In this document: positions 9,310 to 16,157 of the stretch, in pieces
How positions within the stretch are numbered: position 1 is the first letter of the stretch
Layout: each line of letters starts with the position of its first letter
Sequence record: HQ683709.1
Direction: 5' to 3' (one strand)
Source: Planktothrix phage PaV-LD
DNA: 32,000 nucleotides
Notes under the pieces: generated by a model
Seen by the model: the letters and a program-made list of their open reading frames with translations, nothing else
The model's database searches: none
What the model was told of the DNA's origin: nothing
Translations under genes and position numbers: made by a program

Positions 9310-9591
9310 ATGAAAGAACAGCCAACAAAAATATTTTTGGTTGATAAGCGCTTGACTTTTTCTGGGGAAGATTTGGCATCTGCTAATGATTTCCAAAAAG
9401 CAAATAAGCGCAAAGAATTGGTTTTTAGAGAGTTATCCCCGTTTCAATTTGTCCAATTCAAAGAGGGTGTTTTTGCCCTAGATCAAGATTTGGACATAGC
9501 CGTCCGGCTGGAACAAGCTGAAGACAGTACGTGGTCAGTATTTGTGGATCAAGCAATGGCGGCAGCTTTGTTAAATCGATCAACCGATTAA
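9310..9591 (+). CDS. hypothetical protein
   Basis: ATG at 9310; small phage-type ORF in the series. Confidence 0.5.
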   Translation: MKEQPTKIFLVDKRLTFSGEDLASANDFQKANKRKELVFRELSPFQFVQFKEGVFALDQDLDIAVRLEQAEDSTWSVFVDQAMAAALLNRSTD

Positions 9592-9601
9592 GGAGGTCTA
9601 T

Positions 9602-9889
9602 ATGTCCGAAAAATTGCTTCATGCTCGGTATTGGAAGTACGACGGAACATCTCCCCAGGTTCCCAATACATTGAAATACGACCCTCATGGCCTTGGGATT
9701 CATGTTATTCAAACCCTAGACGCAATGATTAATCAATTTAATGTCCATCAATATCAGGGAGTCTCCTTGGTTGGTGCGATCGCCAACCACCATAAAGGCG
9801 ATTCTTTTGGACACCAGGTTCATGTCGCTGCTACCGCCGAACAGTGGGAAGCCGCGAAAAAATATTGGTTATCAGGAGCTTTTGATTAA
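9602..9889 (+). CDS. hypothetical protein
   Basis: Preceded by AGGAGG; 95 aa. Confidence 0.6.
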   Translation: MSEKLLHARYWKYDGTSPQVPNTLKYDPHGLGIHVIQTLDAMINQFNVHQYQGVSLVGAIANHHKGDSFGHQVHVAATAEQWEAAKKYWLSGAFD

Positions 9890-10159
9890 ATGTCCAAACA
9901 TCGATACACAGTGGAATACATTCGGTGTGACGTTTGCGGGAAAACTTGTGATCATGTTTCTTTTGATTACAACTCGGATTGGAACATTAAACACGGAATA
10001 GATATCTGTGATGAATGCTCAGAAAATGGGGATAGCGGGTACGTTTGGGATTATCGCGATATAGATAACGACGCAGAAATCCCAGAAAGAAAAGACTCCG
10101 AGATGGCTTTTGTGAAAGTCAACTCGGAGGGAGAGGTTAAATTCGTTAAATGGCTATAA
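9890..10159 (+). CDS. hypothetical protein with CxxC pairs (possible zinc-binding)
   Basis: CDVCGKTC and CDECSENG pairs; follows directly after 9889. Confidence 0.55.
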   Translation: MSKHRYTVEYIRCDVCGKTCDHVSFDYNSDWNIKHGIDICDECSENGDSGYVWDYRDIDNDAEIPERKDSEMAFVKVNSEGEVKFVKWL

Positions 10160-10237
10160 TTGTTGATCAATAATTGAGATCTCAAGTTCCCAAGCATCCA
10201 AAAAGCCCATCCCTCAAGGATTTAACTATATCAAGAA

Positions 10238-10283
10238 TACCTTGGGGTGGTAGGGGTCGCAGGTTCAAATCCTGTCGCTCCGA
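10238..10283 (+). other. tRNA-Pro(GGG) 3' fragment, candidate attachment-site core (attP)
   Basis: TACC TTGGGGT GGTAG GGGTC GCAGG TTCAAAT CCTGT CGCTCCG A: anticodon loop with GGG, variable loop, T-stem/loop and 3' acceptor strand. No matching 5' half (expected CGGAGCG..) upstream; integrase starts 122 bp downstream. Confidence 0.85.
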
Positions 10284-10290
10284 TAGACGC

Positions 10291-10324
10291 AAAAGCCAGA
10301 TTCTTTAAAGGGTCTGGCTTTTTT
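10291..10324 (+). terminator. rho-independent terminator just after the att core
   Basis: AAAAGCCAGA-ttctttaaaggg-TCTGGCTTTTTT hairpin with T tract. Confidence 0.75.
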
Positions 10325-10348
10325 CCGTCTGATGGGTGACAATCTTCT

Positions 10349-10388
10349 ATTAGACAAGATTAGACGGGATTAGACAAGATTAGACTGA
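10349..10388 (+). repeat. four 10-bp direct repeats between att core and int
   Basis: ATTAGACAAG ATTAGACGGG ATTAGACAAG ATTAGACTGA, exact 10-bp period. Confidence 0.85.
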
Positions 10389-10404
10389 TTATTGATCATC
10401 AATT

Positions 10405-11538
10405 GTGACTCGGAAAGCACCCAAAGGAAGCGTACAAGTTAAGGTCGTCACCAGTTCGGCGGGGGTGGGGTGGTTGCGGCTGGTTTGGTCGTATCAGGGA
10501 AAACGATATTTTTTGAGCTTAGGATTGGAGGATAATCCCCTAAATCAGATGGTGGCTCAGAGACTCGCGCTACAAATTCAAGGGGACTGTGCCACGGGAA
10601 ACTTCGATAGCTCCTTGATTAAATACAAACCGCAATTAGAAATAGAATTGAAACCCGTCACGGTTTCAGTTGTCGGGCTAATTGAGCAATATTTAATTTT
10701 CAAACAGCAACAAATTGAATCGGAAACCTTATACAAATACAATCATTTCTTACCTAGAATCCGAGAATATTTTGGTAGCAATAGTTTAACTGAAAAATCC
10801 GCTTTTGGCTTTCGTGATTGGCTGCTACAACACAACGAACCCGCCACAGTTAGGGAAAGAATTGTATTCTTAAATGCTGTTTATGAGTGGGGGATTAAGC
10901 GTCAATTAGTTGAGAGTAATCCCTGGACTGAAGTATCGGTCAAGGTTCCGCCAAAACGACGGTTAAAGCCATTTTCAATTGAGGAAATAAAACGGATTTT
11001 AGAAGGGTTTGCAACGGATCAATATTATTCCCATTTTCTCCCCTACGTTGAGTTTTTACTGGGTACAGGTTGCCGTCCGGGGGAAGCAAACGGGCTACAA
11101 TGGAAACATTTCTCAGAAGACTGTGGAGAGGTTTTGATTAGTTGCAAACTTACGGTATCAGGGGAACGGAAATCGACTAAAACTAATCGCGATCGCTTAA
11201 TCCCACTTCCCCCGCGCCTTCAAAATATTCTCAAAGCAATCCGTCCGATTGACCCCGACCCGGAGGCTCCGGTATTTGTCTCCTCGACTGGACTGCCAAT
11301 TGATGCCCACAACTTCAGGAATAGGGCTTGGAAACAAGTTTTAGCTAAGGTTGGTGTTGAATATAGAAAGCCCGGAAACTGTCGCCATACTCTGATTTCC
11401 CACGGATTATCTCAAGGTAAGAGTCCGGCTGAAATGGCGGAGCTCGCAGGGAACAGAATTGAAACTATTTATAATAATTATGCCGGGAGTGTGATTCATA
11501 GACCCTCATTGCCTGAATTATTCCCACAAGACGAATAA
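10405..11538 (+). CDS. int: tyrosine recombinase / phage integrase
   Basis: GTG start; LLGTGCRPGEANGLQWKH, CRHTLISHGLS and NYAG motifs (R, HxxR-type and catalytic Y regions). Confidence 0.93.
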   Translation: MTRKAPKGSVQVKVVTSSAGVGWLRLVWSYQGKRYFLSLGLEDNPLNQMVAQRLALQIQGDCATGNFDSSLIKYKPQLEIELKPVTVSVVGLIEQYLIFKQQQIESETLYKYNHFLPRIREYFGSNSLTEKSAFGFRDWLLQHNEPATVRERIVFLNAVYEWGIKRQLVESNPWTEVSVKVPPKRRLKPFSIEEIKRILEGFATDQYYSHFLPYVEFLLGTGCRPGEANGLQWKHFSEDCGEVLISCKLTVSGERKSTKTNRDRLIPLPPRLQNILKAIRPIDPDPEAPVFVSSTGLPIDAHNFRNRAWKQVLAKVGVEYRKPGNCRHTLISHGLSQGKSPAEMAELAGNRIETIYNNYAGSVIHRPSLPELFPQDE

Positions 11539-11586
11539 ATTCCATAATCTGTTGTAAACTGGTGAATAGTTACATAGGATTTTTTT

Positions 11587-11778
11587 ATGGCAAGACCCCA
11601 CGAACATAGACAAGAAATCAAAGCTAGACTCAAGCCAGAAGATAGGGAGAAGTTGAAAGCCCTCGTCGAGGGCATGGGTTATCGGTATTGGAGGCAAGAA
11701 TCCGCCGAACCAGCCTGGACAGAGTTTTTGGAGGCGATCGCAACAGGCGATATAATTCTTTACAAAAAAGTTGAATAA
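11587..11778 (+). CDS. hypothetical small basic protein downstream of int
   Basis: ATG, 63 aa, adjacent to the integrase; no recognisable excisionase HTH. Confidence 0.5.
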   Translation: MARPHEHRQEIKARLKPEDREKLKALVEGMGYRYWRQESAEPAWTEFLEAIATGDIILYKKVE

Positions 11779-11843
11779 GGGATTCGATACACTCAATAAA
11801 ATCAACCACTCTATTTAACCAATTAACCAATAACTTCAATACA

Positions 11844-12731
11844 ATGGCAATACAATTAGATTTGTTTGGTAACGATACAGACACTCAAGCTAAAGATCCT
11901 ATTTGGATTCTGAAAAATAGACCCGCACCTGATCCGGCTAGTCCGATTATTGTTTCCTATGGCGGGGGAACCAATAGCACCGCCATGTTGATTGCTATGG
12001 TGTTTAAAGGAATTAAACCCGATTTAATTCTGTTCGCAGATACAGGGGGGGAACTACCGGAGACGTATGAATGGGTTAATACTTTTTCTGATTGGTTGGT
12101 ATCTAACAAGTTTCCCTCGATTGAATGGGTTAAGTATATTCAAATGGGAACGTCTAGGCAAAAATACGAATACTCAACCTTAGAAGAAGAAAGTATTAAA
12201 AAACGGCTTTTACCAGCAAAAGCCTATGGTTCTTCTAACTGCTCAATGAAATGGAAAATACAGCCAGTACAAAAAGCCACTAAGAAATATTGTGCAGAAA
12301 ATGACATAACCTCAACCCCTAGACAGTGGGTGGGTATTCATGCTGGCGAACTCCATAGAATTTTAGACAAATCCGGCAAAGTTCGTGAGATGGAACGGGA
12401 TGGGATTAGACAAGAATACCCCTTGATTGAATGGGGATTGAATCAAGAAAATTGTAATGCTTTGATTCGTTCGGTTAATCTCCCTGTTCCGTCAAAATCA
12501 TCTTGTTTTTTCTGTCCTAATCGCAAAATTAGCGAGATTATTGAGTTAAAAGAAAAACATCCTGACTTATATCAACGGGCTGTTGCTATGGAGCAAAACG
12601 CGGATCTACACTCGCTAAAAGGACTAGGGAGAACTAAATACGCATGGTCAGATATTGGGGCTTTAACTCCCCTAGAAATGGCATTGATAGAGGCTGGAGA
12701 ACGGGGTAAGATGTGCGCTTGCGTTGATTAA
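11844..12731 (+). CDS. phosphoadenosine-phosphosulfate-reductase-family PP-loop protein
   Basis: PP-loop-like VSYGGGTNSTAMLIAM, DLILFADTGGELPETYEW, paired cysteines (CSMKW, CFFCPNRK). Confidence 0.85.
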   Translation: MAIQLDLFGNDTDTQAKDPIWILKNRPAPDPASPIIVSYGGGTNSTAMLIAMVFKGIKPDLILFADTGGELPETYEWVNTFSDWLVSNKFPSIEWVKYIQMGTSRQKYEYSTLEEESIKKRLLPAKAYGSSNCSMKWKIQPVQKATKKYCAENDITSTPRQWVGIHAGELHRILDKSGKVREMERDGIRQEYPLIEWGLNQENCNALIRSVNLPVPSKSSCFFCPNRKISEIIELKEKHPDLYQRAVAMEQNADLHSLKGLGRTKYAWSDIGALTPLEMALIEAGERGKMCACVD

Positions 12732-12799
12732 TACAAAATAACCAGGGGTTAAATATTCCCTGGTTTTGTCGTCCAAATTTTAATCAGTACCCTCTCATT

Positions 12800-13387
12800 T
12801 TATCGCCCAGCCACAGGGACAGGAATAATCCCCAACAACTCAGCAAATACCTGGCATTCTGATCGCGTCGCATCAATTACAATCCAGTTATTTTGCCTAG
12901 CCAATTCCAGATATCCAAACCTAACCCGATCTAAAAAAAGCAAGTCTCGTTCAACCTTGTCCAGAGGTTTGTCGAGATTGCGCCGCACCGCCACCTCAAC
13001 AGGACAATCAAACAAAATCACCATATCAGGATCAATTCCCCCCGTCGCATCGTGATTTAGCTTCCTTAAATTATCTAAATTAAGCCCGTGTCCATATCCC
13101 TGATAAGCAAGCGTTGAATCTGTGTACCGATCGCACAATACCAAATCAGAATCTTCTAACAAATATTTAATCGTGGGATTGTGTTTAATCCTATCCTTCA
13201 GGATTAATTTAAGCTGCTGCTCCGGTGTCAAACACCCATTCTTTAATTCAAAACGAACGTCATAATCACAGGGTTCTCTTGTGATGTAAAACTTTAACTT
13301 TAACGCCGTGAAATGGTCGCAAAGTTTTCTAATTTGGGTTGTTTTCCCACTGCGGTCAATCCCTTCAAAAGCAATCAATTTACTCAT
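12800..13387 (-). CDS. tmk: thymidylate kinase
   Basis: MSKLIAFEGIDRSGKTTQIRKL (P-loop), FYITREPCD, CDRYTDSTLAYQGYG. ATG start at 13387 overlaps the upstream nblA-like stop by 4 nt (ATGA). Confidence 0.93.
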   Translation of the reverse strand: MSKLIAFEGIDRSGKTTQIRKLCDHFTALKLKFYITREPCDYDVRFELKNGCLTPEQQLKLILKDRIKHNPTIKYLLEDSDLVLCDRYTDSTLAYQGYGHGLNLDNLRKLNHDATGGIDPDMVILFDCPVEVAVRRNLDKPLDKVERDLLFLDRVRFGYLELARQNNWIVIDATRSECQVFAELLGIIPVPVAGR

Positions 13388-13548
13388 TTCATCCTCATCC
13401 AATTTTTAATCAAATCATCTTTAATCATATCTAGCCGTACTAATTCAATTATATATTCTCTAGCTTCCTCCAATGTCAATATATCCACATTACGTTTAAT
13501 TATCGCAAGTTTAAATTCTTGCTCCATTGTTAGCTGTGTTGGTTCCAT
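13384..13548 (-). CDS. nblA: NblA-family phycobilisome degradation protein (54 aa)
   Basis: Hand translation: MEPTQLTMEQEFKLAIIKRNVDILTLEEAREYIIELVRLDMIKDDLIKNWMRMK*. LT.EQEFKL....I..L..EEA.E.....R..MI.D.LI pattern of NblA; not in the ORF track (<60 aa). Confidence 0.88.
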   Translation of the reverse strand: MEPTQLTMEQEFKLAIIKRNVDILTLEEAREYIIELVRLDMIKDDLIKNWMRMK

Positions 13549-13584
13549 TTCCGCTGTTATAAGAATATCAACACATAGATTATA

Positions 13585-13641
13585 TCAAAAAATATTTTGA
13601 TTTTCATACCTCTCTAATACAGAATCAAAATATTTTTTTGA
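13585..13641. repeat. inverted repeat upstream of nblA-tmk
   Basis: TCAAAAAATATTTTGATT (13585-13602) vs AATCAAAATATTTTTTTGA (13623-13641), reverse complements apart from one extra A/T. Confidence 0.7.
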
Positions 13642-13685
13642 TTTACCTGTTGCCAATTGCTCCTGATAATGGATTTAATTTACCA

Positions 13686-13702
13686 ATGCGTATAGTATAG
13701 AA
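13686..13702 (+). promoter_or_regulatory. shared promoter-proximal box, copy 1
   Basis: ATGCGTATAGTATAGAA, 45 bp from box start to the ATG of 13731. Confidence 0.5.
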
Positions 13703-13730
13703 ATATAGAAATACAGCAGGAGAGGGCACA

Positions 13731-13940
13731 ATGCGCGACTATATAAACAGAGTCCCCGATTATGGGGAAAAGAAAAAGCCTCACAATCTGAGTTTGACCG
13801 ACACGGCGTGGGAAAGGCTTGATAAATTAGCTGCGCTCTTGGGAGTGTCCAGGAGTGAGTTCGTTGAACGCCTATCCCGTGGAGCTATTGCCCCGCAAGA
13901 CTTACAAGCCTTTTATAAAATTTTTTTAAAAAAAGGTTGA
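13731..13940 (+). CDS. ribbon-helix-helix (CopG/Arc-type) DNA-binding protein
   Basis: LSLTDTAWERLDKLAALLGVSRSEFVERLSRG is a typical RHH pattern; AGGAGAGGG upstream. Confidence 0.75.
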   Translation: MRDYINRVPDYGEKKKPHNLSLTDTAWERLDKLAALLGVSRSEFVERLSRGAIAPQDLQAFYKIFLKKG

Positions 13941-13970
13941 CAATTTCTAAAGTATGCGTATATTATAGAA
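13937..13970 (+). promoter_or_regulatory. promoter with shared box, copy 2
   Basis: TTGACA (13937-13942), 18-nt spacer, TATTAT (13961-13966); box ATGCGTATATTATAGAA 13954-13970, 16/17 identical to copy 1. Confidence 0.6.
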
Positions 13971-13998
13971 TTTGTAAACGCACAAAGGACATAAGACT

Positions 13999-14799
13999 AT
14001 GACAACCGCAACCACAGCAAAAACCGCCAAAGCTCCAAAAACCCCTGAGTGGAAATGGAATAATAATCTGGGGTGTGATGCCCTAAAACTCCCTACAAAG
14101 GGATGTTACGTTGACAACGGAGGAATCGTCTGGAAAGACGGCGACTCCATTGGTAGCGTCACCCCGTTACCAAATTCAGTTAAGGTGACAAAACTGGAAT
14201 GGGTTGTCACCCACGAACAAAAGCAGGAATCCGTTTCCTGCGAAAAACTACACGGTAGTTACCAAAAAACCGCCCGCCCCACCCGTCGCAAAGAATCCCC
14301 CGATGGGATGCGGGGAGGTAATTCTCAATGGGGTGACACTCCTGGCCCCAAAGCCCATTTTGTGGCTGATGAATATTCTGTGACGGTCACTTACACAGCT
14401 TTAGTCGCCGTGAATCAATTCGGGGAAATTATTGAGGGAAAACCCAAATTCCCTTCCCCCACTACCATTGCCTATGAAACGGGCTATGGTAGTTGCACAG
14501 AATACTCTGTGACCGAGTTGGCAGTCTTAGATTTGCCATCGGAAAAAATTGAAAAGGTCTACACTCCCCAACGGGAGCATTTTTACACAGAAGCAATCAA
14601 GGTTATTGAAAAATACCTGGAGGATTTAGATAAACCCGTCGAAGGGTTATTAAAAGTCGGAGACATTATCAATCACCCTGTCTATGGACAGGGAACTGTC
14701 ACAAAAGCCTTTGGGACTAAAAACCCCAAATACCAGTCCGTTTGTGCGGATTTTGTCTGTGGAAACAAGATGACAGCAAAGTGCGATCTTGTTGACTAA
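13999..14799 (+). CDS. hypothetical protein with CarD/KOW-like C-terminal segment
   Basis: 266-aa ORF; C-term VGDIINHPVYGQGTVTKAFG..KYQSVCADFVCGNKMTAKCDLVD. Confidence 0.7.
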   Translation: MTTATTAKTAKAPKTPEWKWNNNLGCDALKLPTKGCYVDNGGIVWKDGDSIGSVTPLPNSVKVTKLEWVVTHEQKQESVSCEKLHGSYQKTARPTRRKESPDGMRGGNSQWGDTPGPKAHFVADEYSVTVTYTALVAVNQFGEIIEGKPKFPSPTTIAYETGYGSCTEYSVTELAVLDLPSEKIEKVYTPQREHFYTEAIKVIEKYLEDLDKPVEGLLKVGDIINHPVYGQGTVTKAFGTKNPKYQSVCADFVCGNKMTAKCDLVD

Positions 14800-14804
14800 A
14801 ACCA

Positions 14805-14878
14805 CGACCGCAGGTTAGCCCCTGACTGGGTTCGATTCCCAGTGGTCGCATTCCCGAAAGGGATTTAACCAACACAAA
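14805..14878 (+). ncRNA. structured intergenic element E1 (three-way junction, tRNA-like T-arm) plus conserved tail
   Basis: CGACC.(CAGG-ttagcc-CCTG).(ACTGGG-TTCGATT-CCCAGT).GGTCG then GCATTCCCGAAAGGGATTTAACCAACACAAA; structure co-varies with E2. Confidence 0.6.
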
Positions 14879-14887
14879 GGGAGCACT

Positions 14888-15091
14888 ATGACAATAGAGA
14901 AAGGACTGAAAATTAGCACCGACTACAAAAAGGCGGTCGGGGCGTACAGAACCCAGTTAGCAGAAGCTGGTTACGTCCTGAGTACCTTTAATGGTACTGA
15001 CGTATTTATACACAAGGATTTTTTGGCGTTTGCCGAAAAAGCTGAGATGTATTCGGATTTCCCCGATGGGGCGATCCTAGAATATGTTTAA
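14888..15091 (+). CDS. hypothetical small protein
   Basis: ATG after GGGAGC; 67 aa. Confidence 0.6.
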   Translation: MTIEKGLKISTDYKKAVGAYRTQLAEAGYVLSTFNGTDVFIHKDFLAFAEKAEMYSDFPDGAILEYV

Positions 15092-15095
15092 CCCA

Positions 15096-15152
15096 GCGAT
15101 TGCAGGTTAGCTCCTAGCACGGAGTCGAACCGTGCGATCGCATTCCCGAAAT
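15096..15152 (+). ncRNA. structured intergenic element E2
   Basis: GCGATT.GCAGGTTAGCTCCTA.(GCACGG-AGTCGAA-CCGTGC).GATCGC then GCATTCCCGAAA; same lengths as E1 with compensatory base changes. Confidence 0.6.
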
Positions 15153-15282
15153 TTATTCCCTATACAGGATGGGGTAACAATGATATTGCAAACCCTTCTA
15201 AAATAAATCGCAAGTAATATCTGAAAACCTAAGCAAGTTTTCAAACTGCTTAACTGTAAACATTTAACTAAAAGATAAATCA

Positions 15283-15543
15283 ATGAAAGTTTCGAGATAC
15301 GCTCAAGAGTTATTGGCTGCTACCTGTTGCCATTCTGTCCATCTAAAAAAAGATGGAAAAACCTTTGTAGGAATTTACAACGGTTTTGCAACCTGGGGTC
15401 GAGTTGAAAACGGAGAGGGCAAATTTGTTGAGGAACTTGGTGTAGATGCTGATGTTGAATATTTTGATGATGGTTCTCAATGTCAAAATTATTTTACAGA
15501 AAAATCTTTTAATACAGAAGGGGGGTATGAAGTAATTAAATAA
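15283..15543 (+). CDS. hypothetical small protein
   Basis: 86-aa ORF, ATG. Confidence 0.6.
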   Translation: MKVSRYAQELLAATCCHSVHLKKDGKTFVGIYNGFATWGRVENGEGKFVEELGVDADVEYFDDGSQCQNYFTEKSFNTEGGYEVIK

Positions 15544-15580
15544 GCGATCGCATTCCCGAAAGGGATTTAACCAACACAAA
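15544..15580 (+). repeat. tail-only copy E3 of the intergenic repeat
   Basis: TCGCATTCCCGAAAGGGATTTAACCAACACAAA, 33 nt identical to the E1 tail (14846-14878); starts right after the stop of 15283..15543. Confidence 0.85.
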
Positions 15581-15621
15581 TTAAAACTTGCGAAGTTTTA
15601 ATTTGTGTTTATTTAGGTTTA

Positions 15622-15655
15622 AACCCTCTAAATATTTAGAGGGTTATTTTTATTT
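15622..15655. terminator. palindromic terminator copy 1
   Basis: AACCCTCTAAATATTTAGAGGGTT perfect 24-bp palindrome followed by ATTTTTA. Confidence 0.8.
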
Positions 15656-16096
15656 AGTTGGCTTGGGATTGGTAAGAATACCTCCTTTTGGTGAACTCTT
15701 AAAATACTCACTTTCCAGGATGTCAAAAATACTTGCCTGTCCATTCTTGTCTCTTGGCAATTCTTTTGGCGGTGGTTTTATAATGTCGCCGTCACAAATA
15801 AAGACAAGGTTAATTTTCTCGCCACCATAATAAGACTCAAACGCTTCAGCCAATGCGTTTGAATGGCGATGAGTAGAGGCTAGTTCTTTTATAGTAGAGT
15901 TACCGATCTTTATAATGGCAACCCCTTCTACAACAGCCATTAAACGAGTTTGCTGTCTAAAAAGGGCTTTTGTACCCCGTGGCTGCACGTTATCTAGTAT
16001 TGCCTGATAATCAGGAAAGTGATAGGCTATTTGACCCCCAAGGTTGGTGAGTTCTTTTAGTGCGGATGCGTATCCATCCTTTGTTGGTGAATTCAT
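15650..16096 (-). CDS. hypothetical protein
   Basis: 148-aa ORF flanked on both sides by the same palindrome. Confidence 0.65.
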   Translation of the reverse strand: MNSPTKDGYASALKELTNLGGQIAYHFPDYQAILDNVQPRGTKALFRQQTRLMAVVEGVAIIKIGNSTIKELASTHRHSNALAEAFESYYGGEKINLVFICDGDIIKPPPKELPRDKNGQASIFDILESEYFKSSPKGGILTNPKPTK

Positions 16097-16123
16097 TTTT
16101 TATTAATGTTTACTCATGGGATT

Positions 16124-16155
16124 AACCCCTCTAAATATTTAGAGGGTTATTTTTT
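16124..16155. terminator. palindromic terminator copy 2
   Basis: AACCCCTCTAAATATTTAGAGGGTTATTTTTT, near-identical to copy 1. Confidence 0.75.
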
Positions 16156-16157
16156 GA

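Noticed and set aside
10349-10388. Short repeats as a CRISPR array
   Set aside because: 10-bp contiguous units with no spacers; no cas genes in the window.
11518-11884. Minus ORF 11518..11805 and plus ORF 11630..11884
   Set aside because: Overlap the better supported 11587..11778 ORF and flanking gene ends; compositionally poor coding candidates.
13388-13402. TTG start (MDEDEMSKL) for thymidylate kinase as in the ORF track
   Set aside because: The ATG at 13387 gives the canonical kinase N-terminus and a 4-nt coupled overlap with nblA.
14782-14851. Possible complete tRNA gene ending in CTGGGTTCGATTCCCAGTGGTCGCA
   Set aside because: A partial acceptor-like pairing with GCGATCT is possible, but no D-arm or 5+7+5 anticodon arm fits and the 5' part overlaps the end of the 13999..14799 coding region. 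Kept as a tRNA-like structured element instead.
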